A stretch of DNA of 64,000 nt from Lytechinus pictus. Lineage: Eukaryota. The stretch is taken from contig NC_087246.1 of assembly GCF_037042905.1 (NCBI RefSeq), positions 6,574,001 to 6,638,000 on the forward strand, read 5' to 3'. The translations under genes were made by a program, and so were the position numbers. A model generated the notes under the pieces. That model ran no database searches. It was not told the DNA's origin and saw only the letters and a list, made by a program, of their open reading frames with translations. Below, piece by piece: positions 12,975-27,089 of the stretch; the stretch's first letter is position 1; every line of letters begins with the position of its first letter.

Positions 12975-14948
12975 TTCTGAGCTGTAATATGCAACTGCAG
13001 ACTAGGCGTTTGTGATCAGGATATATACACCCATTCAAGGTAGAATAGTAATCGCATACATGTATGTTATCTATGTTATGTGTATACCCCTCAAATATAT
13101 TACCATTACATAATAGTGTCTGACTTTGCTTTGTTTTGTTTTTTCATTTTCTGTTTTCCTTGTCTATTTTTCCATTGTGCTTGTTACCAGGAAATATAAA
13201 TAGAAATACACTTCAACCTTTTAAAAGTGATACGATAATGGTTGTTATGTTTAGCGATGTGCAGGCGTGGATCTAGAGGATGTCCTTTTTTATTTCAAGA
13301 TACTTTTTGTTTAAAGAAAAATGGGCTCTCGATGAATATTTATTTTTTTGCTCATCAATTTTCTTAAAGTATGCCCCCATACACACCCACACACACTTTT
13401 GAGTAGATCCTGGATCCGTCCCTTCCAATGTGAGCACATAGATATAGCAAACATGGTGAAATCAAATGAAGACGGGAAAGCGACAATTATAAGTTTATAG
13501 ATTAAGGAAAAGTGGAGTAAAGGAAGGAGATAGAAATAAGAACAAGAAAAACTTGTTAAGAAAGGCGTCTTAAAATCATTAGCCATGTTGAAAACTCCTT
13601 TGAAAATACAGCTGACGAAATCATTGTGTGTGATTAAATATGTTTACCAAGAAAAATGTATAATTAAGCTATTGAAAGAACATGTATACAATCAGCTGCA
13701 TGGTTATTGTTTATCCAGATATAAAGTATATAAAAGAACAGTATTACAATTTAGTTGCCTTTCTGTTCATTATATTAGCACTAGGCCTATTCAAGTCAGT
13801 TCCAAATATTACCTCAATATGAAATTATTCAGATCCACTAATGAGTTCCTATTTTGAATTGTCATTCGCAAACGTTAATGCAACCATTTTGGCGTGTTTT
13901 TTAATACTTTTTTACCATGATGATAAAAGCATTTAATGTTTTCTTTTTTATTCTCTATTACTCATTATGATATGAATCGTTGCTTGGATTCTCAATTAAC
14001 AAGAAAGCATTTATTACCAATTAATTGTAAAAAAAATGTTCAGGGTGTCAAACTGTTCGATGCAACAGAGGCAATCCGAACAAAAATCTGTAGGCTTAAC
14101 ATTTGTAACTCTATACTGCTTTAGAAATTGCATGGAGGAATCTGATGTAATCGTTGCACAATTCTATGGACGTTCTTTGTCATTCTATCTCCCGGCTTTC
14201 GGCGATCTTTGTGAATGTTTGCCTCCATGCAAGCAATAAAAGCTCATTTCATCTTATTATATGATATAGGGAGAATTTCTTCATCGGGTTCTTTTTTCTC
14301 AGTCAAATATGTTTATTCAATAAATCGATTATTCCTTTCCCTTGTAGATGACAGTTTATATGATACAATTGATTCGTTTTCTTTTCATTGAAGTGTTAGG
14401 GCTCATTTTGTGAGACAGACATTTTAGAGAAATCCAGTTATCCCCCTCCCCAAAAAATAAAAAATATTAATATAAATAAATAAGCAAAAAATAAAATAAT
14501 AATCACATAAGACATAATTATTAACAATTTTATTGAGTCTGTGCATATCAAAGATTGGTTTCATAAGCATTTCCATCCTCATTTCAAATATATATATATA
14601 TGTAGCCATATTACATCAAAATGGGTTGTGATATCGCTGCTGAATGACGGTGTACTATACTCTGACTCGTTCACTGTACTCTTTACGTACCTCACGATAT
14701 CATTAATCACATTCCAAATTTCTATATAATATGATTTGTTCAAATGTCAGCGTAAATGGGCAGCGGAGACATTCAGAGAGATAATATTGTGAAAAGGGTG
14801 AAATGGGAAGGGAAGTGAGAGATGTGTATGTGTGGGAGAGTGACAAGAAAGTTGGGTGTTTGCATGTGTTTCGATTTTCAAAGGTATGTTTATGTCCCTG
14901 AGTTGGCCGAAATTATGACGAACACTTTTTTTATGTGCGTGTACTCAC

Positions 14949-17276
14949 CAGTGTTGTAGTCAAGGCATAAACCTCCAAGGCCAAGGCCAAGGCCAAGGCT
15001 TTAATTCCCAAGGCCAAGGCTTCAATACCCAAGGCTGAGGCCAAGGCATGGAAACCCAAGGCCAAGGCCAAGGCCTGAAAACCTCAAGGCCAAGGCCAAG
15101 GCCAAGGCATTTCAAACTTTAATAGGTGAGAGCGAGCGAACTGAGCGAGCAAAAATTTTGACTTTTGTACATGAAAAACAAAAATAATTTCATGGTAGAT
15201 TTAGACATAATTTTAAAATAATAATATAGTTACCTTTGTACATATAATTATTATTATTATGTTATTATTAAATTATTATTATAATTTATTATTTTTTATG
15301 TGATTTACATTGCAATAATTATTATTACCACGGTCTTCTGATCCTGGCGTGCCCGTTCTCAACGTATGTCATTCTCCACTCCCTGGGACAGGGGCGGCAG
15401 AACGTATTTTATTTGGGGGGGGGTCTAAACCAAAAAGGGTACTTATATGTCAAAATTGGCATTTAGTGCAAACAGATGTTTTCAAAATGAGATTATCAAC
15501 TACGTGAAGTAGTTGTGTATTTTGTGGAAATTGAGTTGACCAAAGCCTTTTTAGTGATTTCTCATTGATAAGACAGATATTTTGATTTAGTGGTTTTAAA
15601 AAAATCAATTTTGAAGTTGAAAAACTTGATGTTTGGTCAATTACAGGGCTAATCACTTTTAAAAGGACATCATTGCGAGATGTTGCCAGCGCGAATCATA
15701 AGCAAAAACTTTTTGACATTGTGACATAAGAATTAAATATTCCGGGCTGTTTTTGTACTCGTGAAAAAGATGTGCATCTAACTAAGAATTAAGCGCGAGC
15801 TGAAATTTTTAATATACTGACAGGTCTGCAAAGTAAGCTGTTAAGGCCTGCATTTAGCATGTTTAGTGACTCATAAATATGATACATAACTCACCGATCA
15901 AATAATGCGAGCGCAGAGCGCGAGCTCAAAAATTTGTGATATTCCAACCTGAAAATTTGACATTCTAAACATTTTTTTGTAAACAGGAACATATGATATT
16001 GAGTACCTTACATGTACCTAACAATAATTGATGCAAGTGCAGAACGCGAACCAAATATTTGTGATATTCTAACCTGAAAATTCTAAACATTTTTGTAACC
16101 ATGAATAGGATTAATACTGTACTAAACAATAAATGATGCAAGCGCGATCCAAAATTTTGCGATTTTCGAACCTAATTTACTATAAAAAAAAATTAAAAAA
16201 AGAGGTCGGGGGTTCAAACCCCGGCCGCGTCAGACCAAAAGACGTTTAAAGATGGAAGTTGCTGCTACCCTGTTTGGCGTTCAATAATTAAAGGGATAGA
16301 GCCTTGTCGATCTGGCGCTGCACAGCGGCTGCCGGGCCCACGATCAATTGGGCAAAACAAATTTTAGGAGTATTTCATTTCTGGTGTCTATTTCGAACAA
16401 TAAAATATGGATTGAAGGAGTAAATGTGATATTATTTTCTTAACATATTGTCACAATCTATCACAAAAATTAGCTTTTCTTATAGTAAGAGGGTGAAGAA
16501 TTTTGCTCGCTCTCTTCAATTGCTTTCAACTTTTTTTGGCAGAAATTTTGCTCTATATATATGCCATGCTTGGCCCCTCAAAACTTTTGGTTCATCATGC
16601 CATTGACATAACCCATTTGGATATGATAAATTTGAAGATTGTGTTCAAGTTTACCAAATCTTTTCAGAATATCATTAATACTTAAAACATTCTTCTTGGC
16701 CAAAGGAAATAATACAATGAAAGTCCTTGTTATTATTCTTTATGAAAAATTGTTGTCAAAATTAGCTGTCAGATCTGTCAGAATTATTCCTGTCATCAAA
16801 TCACTGTAATCTTTATCATAATGATTATTACCATCATTATCATCATTAGTCATGATTACAACACGTTACCAATAAATAATGCTATTTTTCATCATTACTG
16901 TTTTCTTTGTCACATACATGAATATGATGATAATTCTTGATGATGGTGATAATCACAATTTATGGCACTGCTAGTACACTTACTACTGCTGACTGGAAGT
17001 AGTGCCATTGAATATACAGAACAATTACTAATAACATAGTAACATTTATAATTACTTAATTATTTAAAAACAAATGAAAGTACAAAAAACAAAATGCCTT
17101 GAAAAAGCCTTGAAAATGCCTTGAAAATGCCTTGAAATTTCAAGGCTCAAAATCCTCAAGGCCAAGGCCAAGGCCCTCTCAAGGCCAAGGCTTGAATGTT
17201 CAAGGCCAAGGCTTTGAAAAAGTAGGCCTTAAGGCGCCTTAAGGCCAAGGCCGAGCATCAAGGCACTACAACACTG
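14949..17276. mobile_element. Non-autonomous hAT-like transposon with (CCAAGG)n subterminal arrays and nested inserts
   Basis: 12-bp TIR CAGTGTTGTAGT / ACTACAACACTG. Perfect 8-bp TSD GTACTCAC at 14941-14948 and 17277-17284. Confidence 0.92.
16202..16400 (+). mobile_element. tRNA-derived SINE fragment nested in the hAT-like element
   Basis: GAGGTCGGGGGTTCAAACCCCGGCCG B-box/T-arm, followed by a GC-richer body. The 5' part of the head is missing. Confidence 0.55.
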
Positions 17277-17424
17277 GTACTCACGAGGGGATTGTGTGTG
17301 TGTGTGTGTGTGTATCTGTGTTCAAAGTAAAAGAAAGGAAGCGAGGTGGCGTAGGTAAAGGAGAGAACTGCATATTCAAGCCTTGATTCAAGGTGTGTTT
17401 TTTTCAAATCCATTAAAATACACC

Positions 17425-17740
17425 GGCCCGTACGGTATTCTAAAGTCGGGTTTAACTTAAACTCAGGTTTAAAGTTGTGGTTTAAGTATGGGAAGCCAAA
17501 AGTATCAAAATTTTTATTAAGTTGTATGTTTTTTATGTTTACTGTGCTCTTTTCTGATTCATCGATGGTGAAGACAATCATCTATTTATACTTCCTAGAC
17601 AATTATAAATGATTTGAGAGCCAAATGAGCTGAAGTATGATATCTCTACTGTTAGTGATTTATGTAACAATTGGCTATCCATACTTAAACCACAACTTTA
17701 AACCTGAGTTTAAGTTAAACCCGACTTCAGAATACGGGCC
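17425..17740. mobile_element. MITE with ~65-bp TIRs (PIF/Harbinger-like)
   Basis: GGCCCGTA..TTCTAAAGTCGGGTTTAACTTAAACTCAGGTTTAAAGTTGTGGTTTAAGTATGG and its reverse complement ending 17740. ACC on both sides is a candidate 3-bp TSD. Confidence 0.9.
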
Positions 17741-20427
17741 ACCAAGTTTATATAAACAATAACAAAACACAAATAGGTAAAGGAGAAAGATACAAGGAAT
17801 CGATGTTTACAATACATCTAATGTTCATACGATTACATGAGGGACCACATAAAACAACAATATTCATTGTATTTGCTAACATATTTGTTTTTAAAAAGTC
17901 AATTTCTACTGTTTTCCTATATCTTCTCCTCAATCTACTGTAAATCTTTAGGCTCATTTTCAGCCAAGATGAAGTATTGGTAAAAAACTCTCAGGGGGGT
18001 ATTTTATGGCAACATAATGCTACATTAGTGCGTGAAATCAGACAACAGACTTGAAGATAAGATACTTTCGATTGCAAAGCGGCGTATTTTAGAATTCTGA
18101 CATGTAGTTGTAACACTATCTTATAAAGACATTTAACACTGAGCAGTAGCATATGCGGCAGTCACACTTCATTGTCTATCATGGAAATGTTATTGATTTA
18201 TAAACAAACTTACTCACACTCACCACAACCTAACATAGAGAGGGGGCGGAGAGAGATTTTGCTGTATCCGTAGACCATATTTTTTAAGCATTTAATAGTA
18301 ATCTTTTCTCAAAAGCAGGCGTCAACTCAAACGAGAACGGTTTACCGCAAAATATCCCTTCACTTTTTCAACAATATTTTTATCTTCAAATTCTTATTAT
18401 TTCTTTAGATCCTATAGTATTATATGATAAGAAAGTGGAGTCTTAGATTATAAAAAGTCGCCATCCGAGGAAAGATACAAAATTCTTCAAGGTAACCCCT
18501 TTTATTCTACACACTGTTAAACGTTTTGTAGTACTGTTGAGTTTAGGTTTATCGAACATGTTTATGATCAGCGAGGGAATATGAAGGCAGTTGTTAACAC
18601 TATTCTTTTTAAAGATATGAATTCATTTGCTTGATTTTCCCAAACTGCTATTCCTAAAATGCATACGTTATCGAACATATATGTTTGTACATGGTACCTC
18701 GTACCTAGATTTGTCCAATGCAAGTTCATTCAATAGAATCGTTTCTGACTTGATTGAGATTAATATCTGCACAAACATTTTGAAATTTAAATGGATCAAA
18801 TACTTATCTATGAACGAATATGTGATATATAATGGGTGTCTTATATTTTTTCATTATGTTTTGCATCTCATTTCAGTGGGCAGCCAGCTGTATGGTTTAA
18901 CTTTTATCTTTAAACCTTTCAATCTTTATATACATACATTTCTGATAATGGCAACAGTCCTTTTCCTTTAGAATTATTCTAAAACGATAGTAGATAATTT
19001 GAAAAAAGTCTACCCGTGATTATTATGGGAATTTGTTTTAGACTAGCTTTTCATAGAAGCTTAGCAATTTTAAGCAACGCTTCTTAGATTTAAGTTATGA
19101 CGGAAATAAGGAAGATTCAAGTTGTATGGCTCGATCTGAAAATGTATCACTTTTACAAATATTTTCTATATCATGATAAGGTTTGTAATATATATACTTA
19201 CAGATCAGACACAGTCCCAATTATGACACTTCGTCTTCAGTACATTCACATATCTCACAACGTTAAGACGGACATTATGGAAATGAGATAAATATTTTTC
19301 CTTTTTTAATCTCAAAACATTGGCAGCGATTTTTTTTCCTGAGTTTCAGAATGATTAATTGCAAATTTAAGATGTGGACAATCGCTTAAACAACAGAAAA
19401 ACACGGTGAAAATACATGACAGAGTACAAGAACAATACCTAGATCGTGTAAAAGAACTATGTACATGATAAAATAACAACGTCATTATCAAATTGCTCTA
19501 CAAATTTCAACGTCTGCACTATGAAGTCAAATTCATGTAATGTTATATCCCTCATCAAATAAAAAGCTGTTTTGATAAACCAGAGAGCGAGAGAGGGAGA
19601 TTATGTAAAGGAATAAGAAAAGAAAAGTGTCTGGTGGAATGGTCGATAGAAAGCTAGAAATGTACGTTTCGCATTCAATGAATGACGTCATAAGTTGGAA
19701 AGGATAAGAAGGAATAAGTGTACAATTGGTCACTCTATATACGTCACTAATGGACGTTTGCTGATAGAACATGGCCCTTTCCCATCTCGTATCGATGATG
19801 ACCTTTTCTACTTCTGGGCAGGCTATTCATCATCGTGTCTTATCATATTTTCATCTAACACTCCTCTTTTCTCCATTTCTCTTAAAATGTCTTTACTCAG
19901 TTCAGTGTTCATCTCATCCCGCTCAGAGCTCTAATCTTCATTTTACTCCTCCTGATGTGGATATACGTCGAGAAAAGGAGTCACGTGTAAATATTGGAAA
20001 GTGGCTGATGGATTTAATCGAATTTAGCTGTTTAAATATCAGACAGGTCCCCGAAGCATAAACCACAAAAGTTGGTTAAAATTTTGATATTTGTAACAGT
20101 TCAAAACAAAGAGGGAATATACCCAGTAGCATAATAAAATAACAATTTTGAGGGGGCTCGATATGGCGTATCCCGTAAAATTGATAAGAAGTTGCGAGCG
20201 AGCGAGCAAAAATTTCGTCATTTTTATTACAAAAATTCAGGTCTGTGATTGATTTTGACATAATATTTGGAAAATACTATCATATTTCACCCTTATCCCT
20301 TTCTTTCTCTTTCCATTCTCTTTTTTTTCTTGGTCGTGAAAATTTGGGAGGGGGCAAGAGCCCCCACAAGCCCCCCCCCCCCCCCCCCATTTGTACGTCC
20401 ATGAATACACCTCATCGTTTTCATGGT

Positions 20428-20522
20428 CGGGGCTGATCCAGGTTTAGCCTAGCTTTTTTCTTTGTTTGTAATATTTTTGTACACCACTGCCCATCTACTG
20501 GTTAAGCCTGGATCCACCCCTG
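20428..20522. mobile_element. 95-bp hAT-like mini-MITE
   Basis: Termini CGGGGCTGATCCAGG / CCTGGATCCACCCCTG, flanked by TTCATGGT / CTCATGGT (7/8 TSD). Confidence 0.65.
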
Positions 20523-23500
20523 CTCATGGTGTCCCATTTCGTGTCGATTCCCCAAATACTCACAATATTTGTGGCTGTAAATAATCTTCCAATCGCAATT
20601 TAAGATGCAATCGTTGCTATCAAAGACGCCTTTGAAGATGGCCACTACGGAAAGTGCACTTCATATGGTGTAATAGAAGTCCAAAGATTAGAACTCGTTT
20701 GTAACTGTATTGTCTGTTTGGCGACAAAATGTACATGATTCTAGGAACGTATCTTCTGATAACATCGGGTAGTCACAGAAGAAGGCATTAAGTATGTAAT
20801 TTGGCACGGGAAACTGCAACCCTTTTATAATGGAGTTTGGTAGGTCTACTAAAGAAGAAATTTCTGCGGGCATTGCCCTTGTCATCGATCAAGATACCAA
20901 CGTGTCATTCGGTATTTCCCTAAATCTTGACGTGAATGATATATCTCATGATATTTCATCAACTTTATTTACTCCTTTTCGAAAGACGTCTTAATTTATC
21001 CTGAGTTGTTTGATTTGAAAATAGTTGAACGAAATTTGCACGTCATATTGAATTGTTGTGGTAAATCGATACATTAAATTAAAATGAAAAATTCTGCACA
21101 ATTTTCACTCAACTCTTTTATGATTCAAAAAATAAATGGTCATTATTCCCATTAATACAGTATAATTTTTTTCACACATCGTATGAAAGCTATTAATCCA
21201 AAGCCTTAAAAAATCAAAATCCCTGTAAGTTCCCAATCCTTGATAGCATTACTTTACTTTACTACTAAATAAATGATACATGTATTGTTAGTAAGAAAAG
21301 TAACAACATGAAGTGAATGCAGAGGTTCTGTCAAGGCTTTGTTTAAATGATTCAAACAGTTTTTTCTGGTCTTGTAAAACAAGAAACTCAGAAAAATTTC
21401 ATGGATTTTCGTGGACTTTCAGTCTAGCAAAACACGATAACCCTTATGTATGAACGTGGGAAATCTGTAACTCAGTACGTCCTTGGTATATTAACTATTG
21501 GCTAAATTACGTTAAAAATTTTAACAGAATTCAGTTTAAGTGAAGCCACGCATGTTCCATCTACTTAAAACCGAAGTAACATATGTTAGAAGTCAAACTG
21601 TCAGCCATTTTTACCTCTGAACATCTTACTTGTCCTATTTTATGACGTGTAGGAACAATACACCTGCTTTCATGACTTTTAATTCATAATGCGCCAATTT
21701 ATCATTGCAGTATAAATAAATCATGTAATACTTGATTATCTACTATGTGACATAATATTTATTTGGCTAAAAGTCGGACCGTCTTATGCAGTGGTCTGCA
21801 ATTCATCAAAGAAACTCTTGTATTTTCGGGTTTTTTCAGCTTACAAATTGAAATTTTGACAGAATGAAGAATAAGAATTACTCTTTGATTTTTGCTTTTC
21901 GAAGACCTAGTTACTAATTTGGCTATTTACAGAGAACATTTCTTGTTGACTTCAAATTATTGATATAATTTTCCGGTGAGATCAATTTGGTTGAATCGCC
22001 CTTAAACAGAGTTGATATTTGCACTCCGTGTTTCGGCATCTTTAAAAACTCATCACACCTCCATCCCACGACCAGCTGAAATTATGGGGAGAATGTAAAC
22101 ATGAGCATGTGCTAGATTCGAAGATCTCACACAAAGATACCATAAAATGTATTAGATATGAACAAACCGTTCAATGTGTTACGCTTCAAACAAAACTGCT
22201 GCATCTCCAAAAGAATTAGACATATCGTTTAAAAAAGCTCGGCTCTTACGTGAAATTAATCAACTCTGGAAATGTTAACGGTAGCATCATTGTTTGGTAA
22301 AATAATAAAAACTTGCATCTTTGCTATCTATCAATTAAAAGACATTTGATATTTAACATTTTCGTTAATAGACTTAAGTTGATAATTTTATATCAATCCA
22401 GCTTAGTCCTATGCAAATGCAGTAGAGGATCCAGCCGCAGAAAGCACAGGGTGCTCATATCCTCTACATTTTCTGAATTGCCAAGTGAACATCTAGGAAA
22501 ATTTTAATCTACGCCCCCTCTATTTTATCAAATTTGCTCTTTGCGCCCTCTGTAGAACAATGATTCAGTAAATGAAGTTTGCTTTTCTTAGGCAATGTAC
22601 AGACAATGCCATGTAAAATCACAACAGGAATGCTCCACATGATATGAGGGTAAGTTGAGGTACAGGAACAATGAAGGGCTGTCAATTATGTATTTGAATA
22701 GCAGGATGTTCAGAAGACTATTTAATAAACTGATTGATTTATTTTGATATAGTGTCCTAGATCTGATCGACTATGTTCACGACAAAAGACAAATTAATGA
22801 CATAGTGTCCCAAATTCAAGTTTCTTGTGTTTGTAAGAAAATAGTACAAGCATATTTGTTTTGGTACGAGGTTGTATCGGTGTCAGCGCATCCATGGGTG
22901 CGTGTGTGTGTGCATTTAGGGATTACGTGATGTGTTGGTGGGGTGCGGGTTTGTGCGCGTGCGTGTGTTCGTGCTTGTCAGACTGACACTGAGTGTGGTT
23001 GGGTGTTAGAATATGGGAGAGAGAAGCATGATTGCCCAATCCCTATATGTGACAGTCCCTTATAGCTTGTGAGAATCCCCTCACCTCATGGAGACAGTGA
23101 TGATATTGTTGGAAGCATGAGACTGGATGCTTTTTGAATAGGAAACTAGTTTAGCCTGGGAGGTTTTGAGCAAAATGTTTGCTTTGTTGAGAGGGGCTAT
23201 TTTTCCATCATCAACATCCCCAAGGCATGGCATGATTAAAGAATAAAAAAATGGGTCGAACGTCAATGCATGTTGAAGGGAAACATAGAAGAGAGGATGT
23301 GTAGGAGAAAAAAATAATTTCTCGAAAAGTGTAAAGGTGTAAAGTGTAGCCGAGCCCTGCAGGGAGAGAAATCATCGTGGTTGTACCGAACCTTTAAAAA
23401 AATTATAAGTTGAATTTACATAAATAAAAAAATTACATGTTGAATATATTAAATTGTAGATAATTATAGTTTATTCTTAAGAAGTGTTTTTATTAGCGTT

Positions 23501-23893
23501 CGCTTTATTTAAAGGAAAATAATTCTGGGAATATGTATCACCCGAAATCATTGTTACAAACGAAAATTATATTCGTTATCATTGTGTTTGAATTGAAATT
23601 TTATGGTATCTTTCTAGGTCGAAAAACTCGGAGATGGGAACAATACGGGTTTTAGAACAGGAGCAAATACTGAAAAATCGTGTTTTCATCTTTTAAATTA
23701 AATTTTCATTGTGTTTCACGTGTAAAGTGTCCAAATTAACCGCCTCTATAAGTTTTAATATTTTCAGTACAATTGTGTTCAGTGATGTATGGCCCTAGAA
23801 ATCTAACCATGTTTTTATTCAAATCATACCATGGGGTAAGCCACAAATTGATGTTTTTCTTTTACTAACTTTAAGTTGTATAGGTCAGACATA

Positions 23894-24113
23894 TGGGGTG
23901 TTGCAAGAAAATATATGCGATCAATTGCAAATATTCTGTTGCAATTTTACAACTGATAGATCAACGTTAGCTCTAGCAAATCAGATTAAACTTCTTGTTT
24001 CAATGAGCAGATAAGCAATCAATCGCGAATTTGCAATTAATTGCAAGACATATGATTGATTTAGGGACCAAAAATAGACTTGCAATTGATCGCAAGTTTC
24101 TTGCAACACCCCA
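23894..24113. mobile_element. MITE with nested inverted repeats
   Basis: TGGGGTGTTGCAAGAAA...TGCGATCAATTGCAA mirrored by TTGCAATTGATCGCA...TTTCTTGCAACACCCCA. ATA on both sides. Confidence 0.85.
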
Positions 24114-26371
24114 ATAGACAGTAATTTTATGTCCGTTGAGGTGATCTATGGGTACAAAATAAGCAATATTAAATAAAAACTTTTAAAAATAGTTAAAAGT
24201 TAGGCACCAAAGCTTAATAAATCTTTGGGCTTTACACTCGCATCAAAGCAATGTCAGTAATCTTTTTCTGTAAGTGTATTCGTAGCTGCAAGCACACAGA
24301 CATACAATTACACCCACGCACACACGCATTGCCTATCGAGACATTTCCCTTTTTCCGTTTTAAAAGATTAATTATAAAAAAAGGCGGCTCATGGGATTCA
24401 GTCACTCACAGCCACATTTCCCTATATATTTCAAATGACTACATGTATCTATTAAGCAAATTTGGGTTAATGTGTCTTTCAGTTATCCATGGTATTAACA
24501 GCATCATGGGAAATTTATTATCTTAAAGAATGATTTATTCGAATTATAAGCTGAATGATAAGTGGTAATTAGATGCTGTAATGGGAAGCTTTCGCAACAA
24601 GGCTGAATGGATAGAATAATGTAAATTCAGATAAAACCGATTACCACTTAATCACTCCTAAAGAAAATTTGTGACTGAGCATGCCCACTATTGCGCCGAT
24701 CATCATGTCCACATTGCATTTCATAGCATTCCATTGCGTTTTCGAAAGCCTCCTAGTGACACTTTATAGGCATGAAACTGCAGAAAGAGAGATGATAGTG
24801 AGACTGTGATTTGTTTGTCTATGTCATGACGTAATAAAGTGCTTTTCAAGCGCGTTAGTACATTAGTTATGCAGTCTTCCCAGTCATACCATTTACAGCG
24901 ATCGTATAGACTGAAGCGTAGCCGACTCGATGCATGTTTGAAATTCTAGTTACGCAAAAGAAGTGACACAAGTACATTCCCAGTAAATAGTCATTTTTAT
25001 AGAGTTTCAGTTATCTTCACACGTGTCATGCCACACCTCTTATTTTATCCACGTAACACTGCGTAATGTTTGGTGAAAGAAGTTATCTTCCTACTCATCG
25101 CGATCGTTCAAGGAGATCGATTTCTTTAAACTTCGTTGATGAAACTGTGGTTTTTATGTAATTTCCATTTGATCATCATACAATTGTGTCCCATCTTTTT
25201 TTCTATATCGTTGTAATTATTACATCACTTTATTTGCTTTATATAAGCACCTTTAAAAAACAAGAAGGAGAAGAAGAAGAAGGATTGAAAAGAAAGTAAG
25301 CACAGATCTAGATCTTGACGCAAATCTGAGTTTTACATAACTGTAAAGACATACACATGACAAAAAGTAAGAAATTCGTTAAATGCCAATTCCTAAATTA
25401 TCAATTCTAATCGATTTAAATGCCTTTGGAAAATTAAGAAAATGATGGGCATACCAATCTTACATAATTACTTTCATAAGCACGCCCTACATAATTTCTA
25501 TTCATTTTAAGTTGATAATCGTGATGTATCTTAAAGGAAATTGAAATCTTGTATATTATCACACCCCCGCATTGAAATGTCTTATCAGCTCCTCTCTTTG
25601 TTTTTACTTATCAATTCAAAAAGCTTTCGCATTTGAAATAGTAAGGTTGTCCTTCTTCAGAGATATTATCTGAAAAACAACTTTGCCATGATCTAATTTC
25701 TTTAAAAATTATTTTTCTGATTGAATTGAAGATCATTTAAGTTTCTATTTCAAACTTTAAATGGAAAGAGATTATGGCTGCTCTTCTGTAATACATAAAA
25801 GTAGTCAAGACATATATTTTTTTTTATAAAAAGGCATGAAATGAAAACAGGAAGTATTATATAAATCTTCTCTCTCTCTCTATCTCTATCTCTCTCCGTT
25901 TCTCTGTCTCTCTCTTTCTCTTTCTAGTTTAGATTCATTCCCGATTATCACTATTCATTGAATATGTCTTAACACCGCCTGCGTATGTTGCCTGTTCATC
26001 ATCCTGTTCATTATACATGTGACCTTCAAATTACTTCTTCTATTGACAGATTGAAAACGGATGTTATTGAGCTACATTAGTTAAACTAAATGGTTTAACA
26101 CTAGTCTAAAATAGCATCTTAAACCAATAGAATGCTGGCTTCATGATATTTCTTCCAAAATTCATGGCAATTATAATCAATCTTCGAATTAAATTTAAAA
26201 AAAATGATCATTTCACGACTAAAATAATTTTGACATTTTTTGCAGGATAAAAATATTGTTTAATTGGTGAATAAATTGACAACTGGCACTCCATAAAAGT
26301 GCGGTCTACATTAAACAGTTGCGATCAGCATACCACGAATGATGATATCCTAAAGAATGGTAGTTTCCAGG

Positions 26372-27089
26372 CAGTGGCGTATCTAGCGGTGGCAAGGGGG
26401 CATTTGCCCCAGGCGCCACTTGCAGGGGTCGCAAAAAAAGGGAAAGAGGCGCAAATGATGAAATAAAAACAACAACAAAATTAGGGGAAAAGGTAAAGGA
26501 ATAAAGAGTAAAGGTATTACCATGGTAATTAAGTTTCCAACACATTTAGAAAATGTGTTCCAACACATTCGGAAAATGCATTTCTTTACCCAGGATATAT
26601 AATTTAAAAAATCAGCTCGCGCTTCGCGCTCGCATTACGCCGATGAGATACGCATCATTTTCACGAATTCCTACATATAGTTTTTGAAATTTTTCCCTTT
26701 CAGGTAAGTATATGAAAAAAATCAGCTCAACCCTCGTGCTTGCATTGATTGCTTAGTTAGATACGCATCGTGTGATTACTTCTCTCTAAAATGTCCCGAA
26801 TTCAGGTCTAAATTTCAATACTTTTTAGAGTCGCGCTTCGCGCTCTCATTCGCTATTTAGTTAGATACGAATCATGTTATATGATTTTAAAAAGCACTTA
26901 CTTAGAATCTACCGTCTTAGCGCCTTGATATTGAAAAATATTTGCACTCGCATTGATAGAATGTTTCACTTTGACTTGTCATGTCTTTACAAAGTGTATA
27001 TATATACATATATTATATAAGTCTACACTTTGAAAGGGGCGCGATTTTAACACTTGCCCCGGGCGCCATTTGCCCGAGATACGCCACTG
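26372..27089. mobile_element. hAT-like MITE carrying GCTCGCGCTTCGCGCTCGC units
   Basis: 13-bp TIR CAGTGGCGTATCT / AGATACGCCACTG. Partial TSD TTTCCAGG / TTTCCGAA. Confidence 0.8.

Noticed and set aside
20861..20885. TRAMPAE peptide shared by ORFs 20688..20885 and 47466..47675
   Set aside because: Similarity is limited to about 20 nt and does not extend, so it is probably coincidental.
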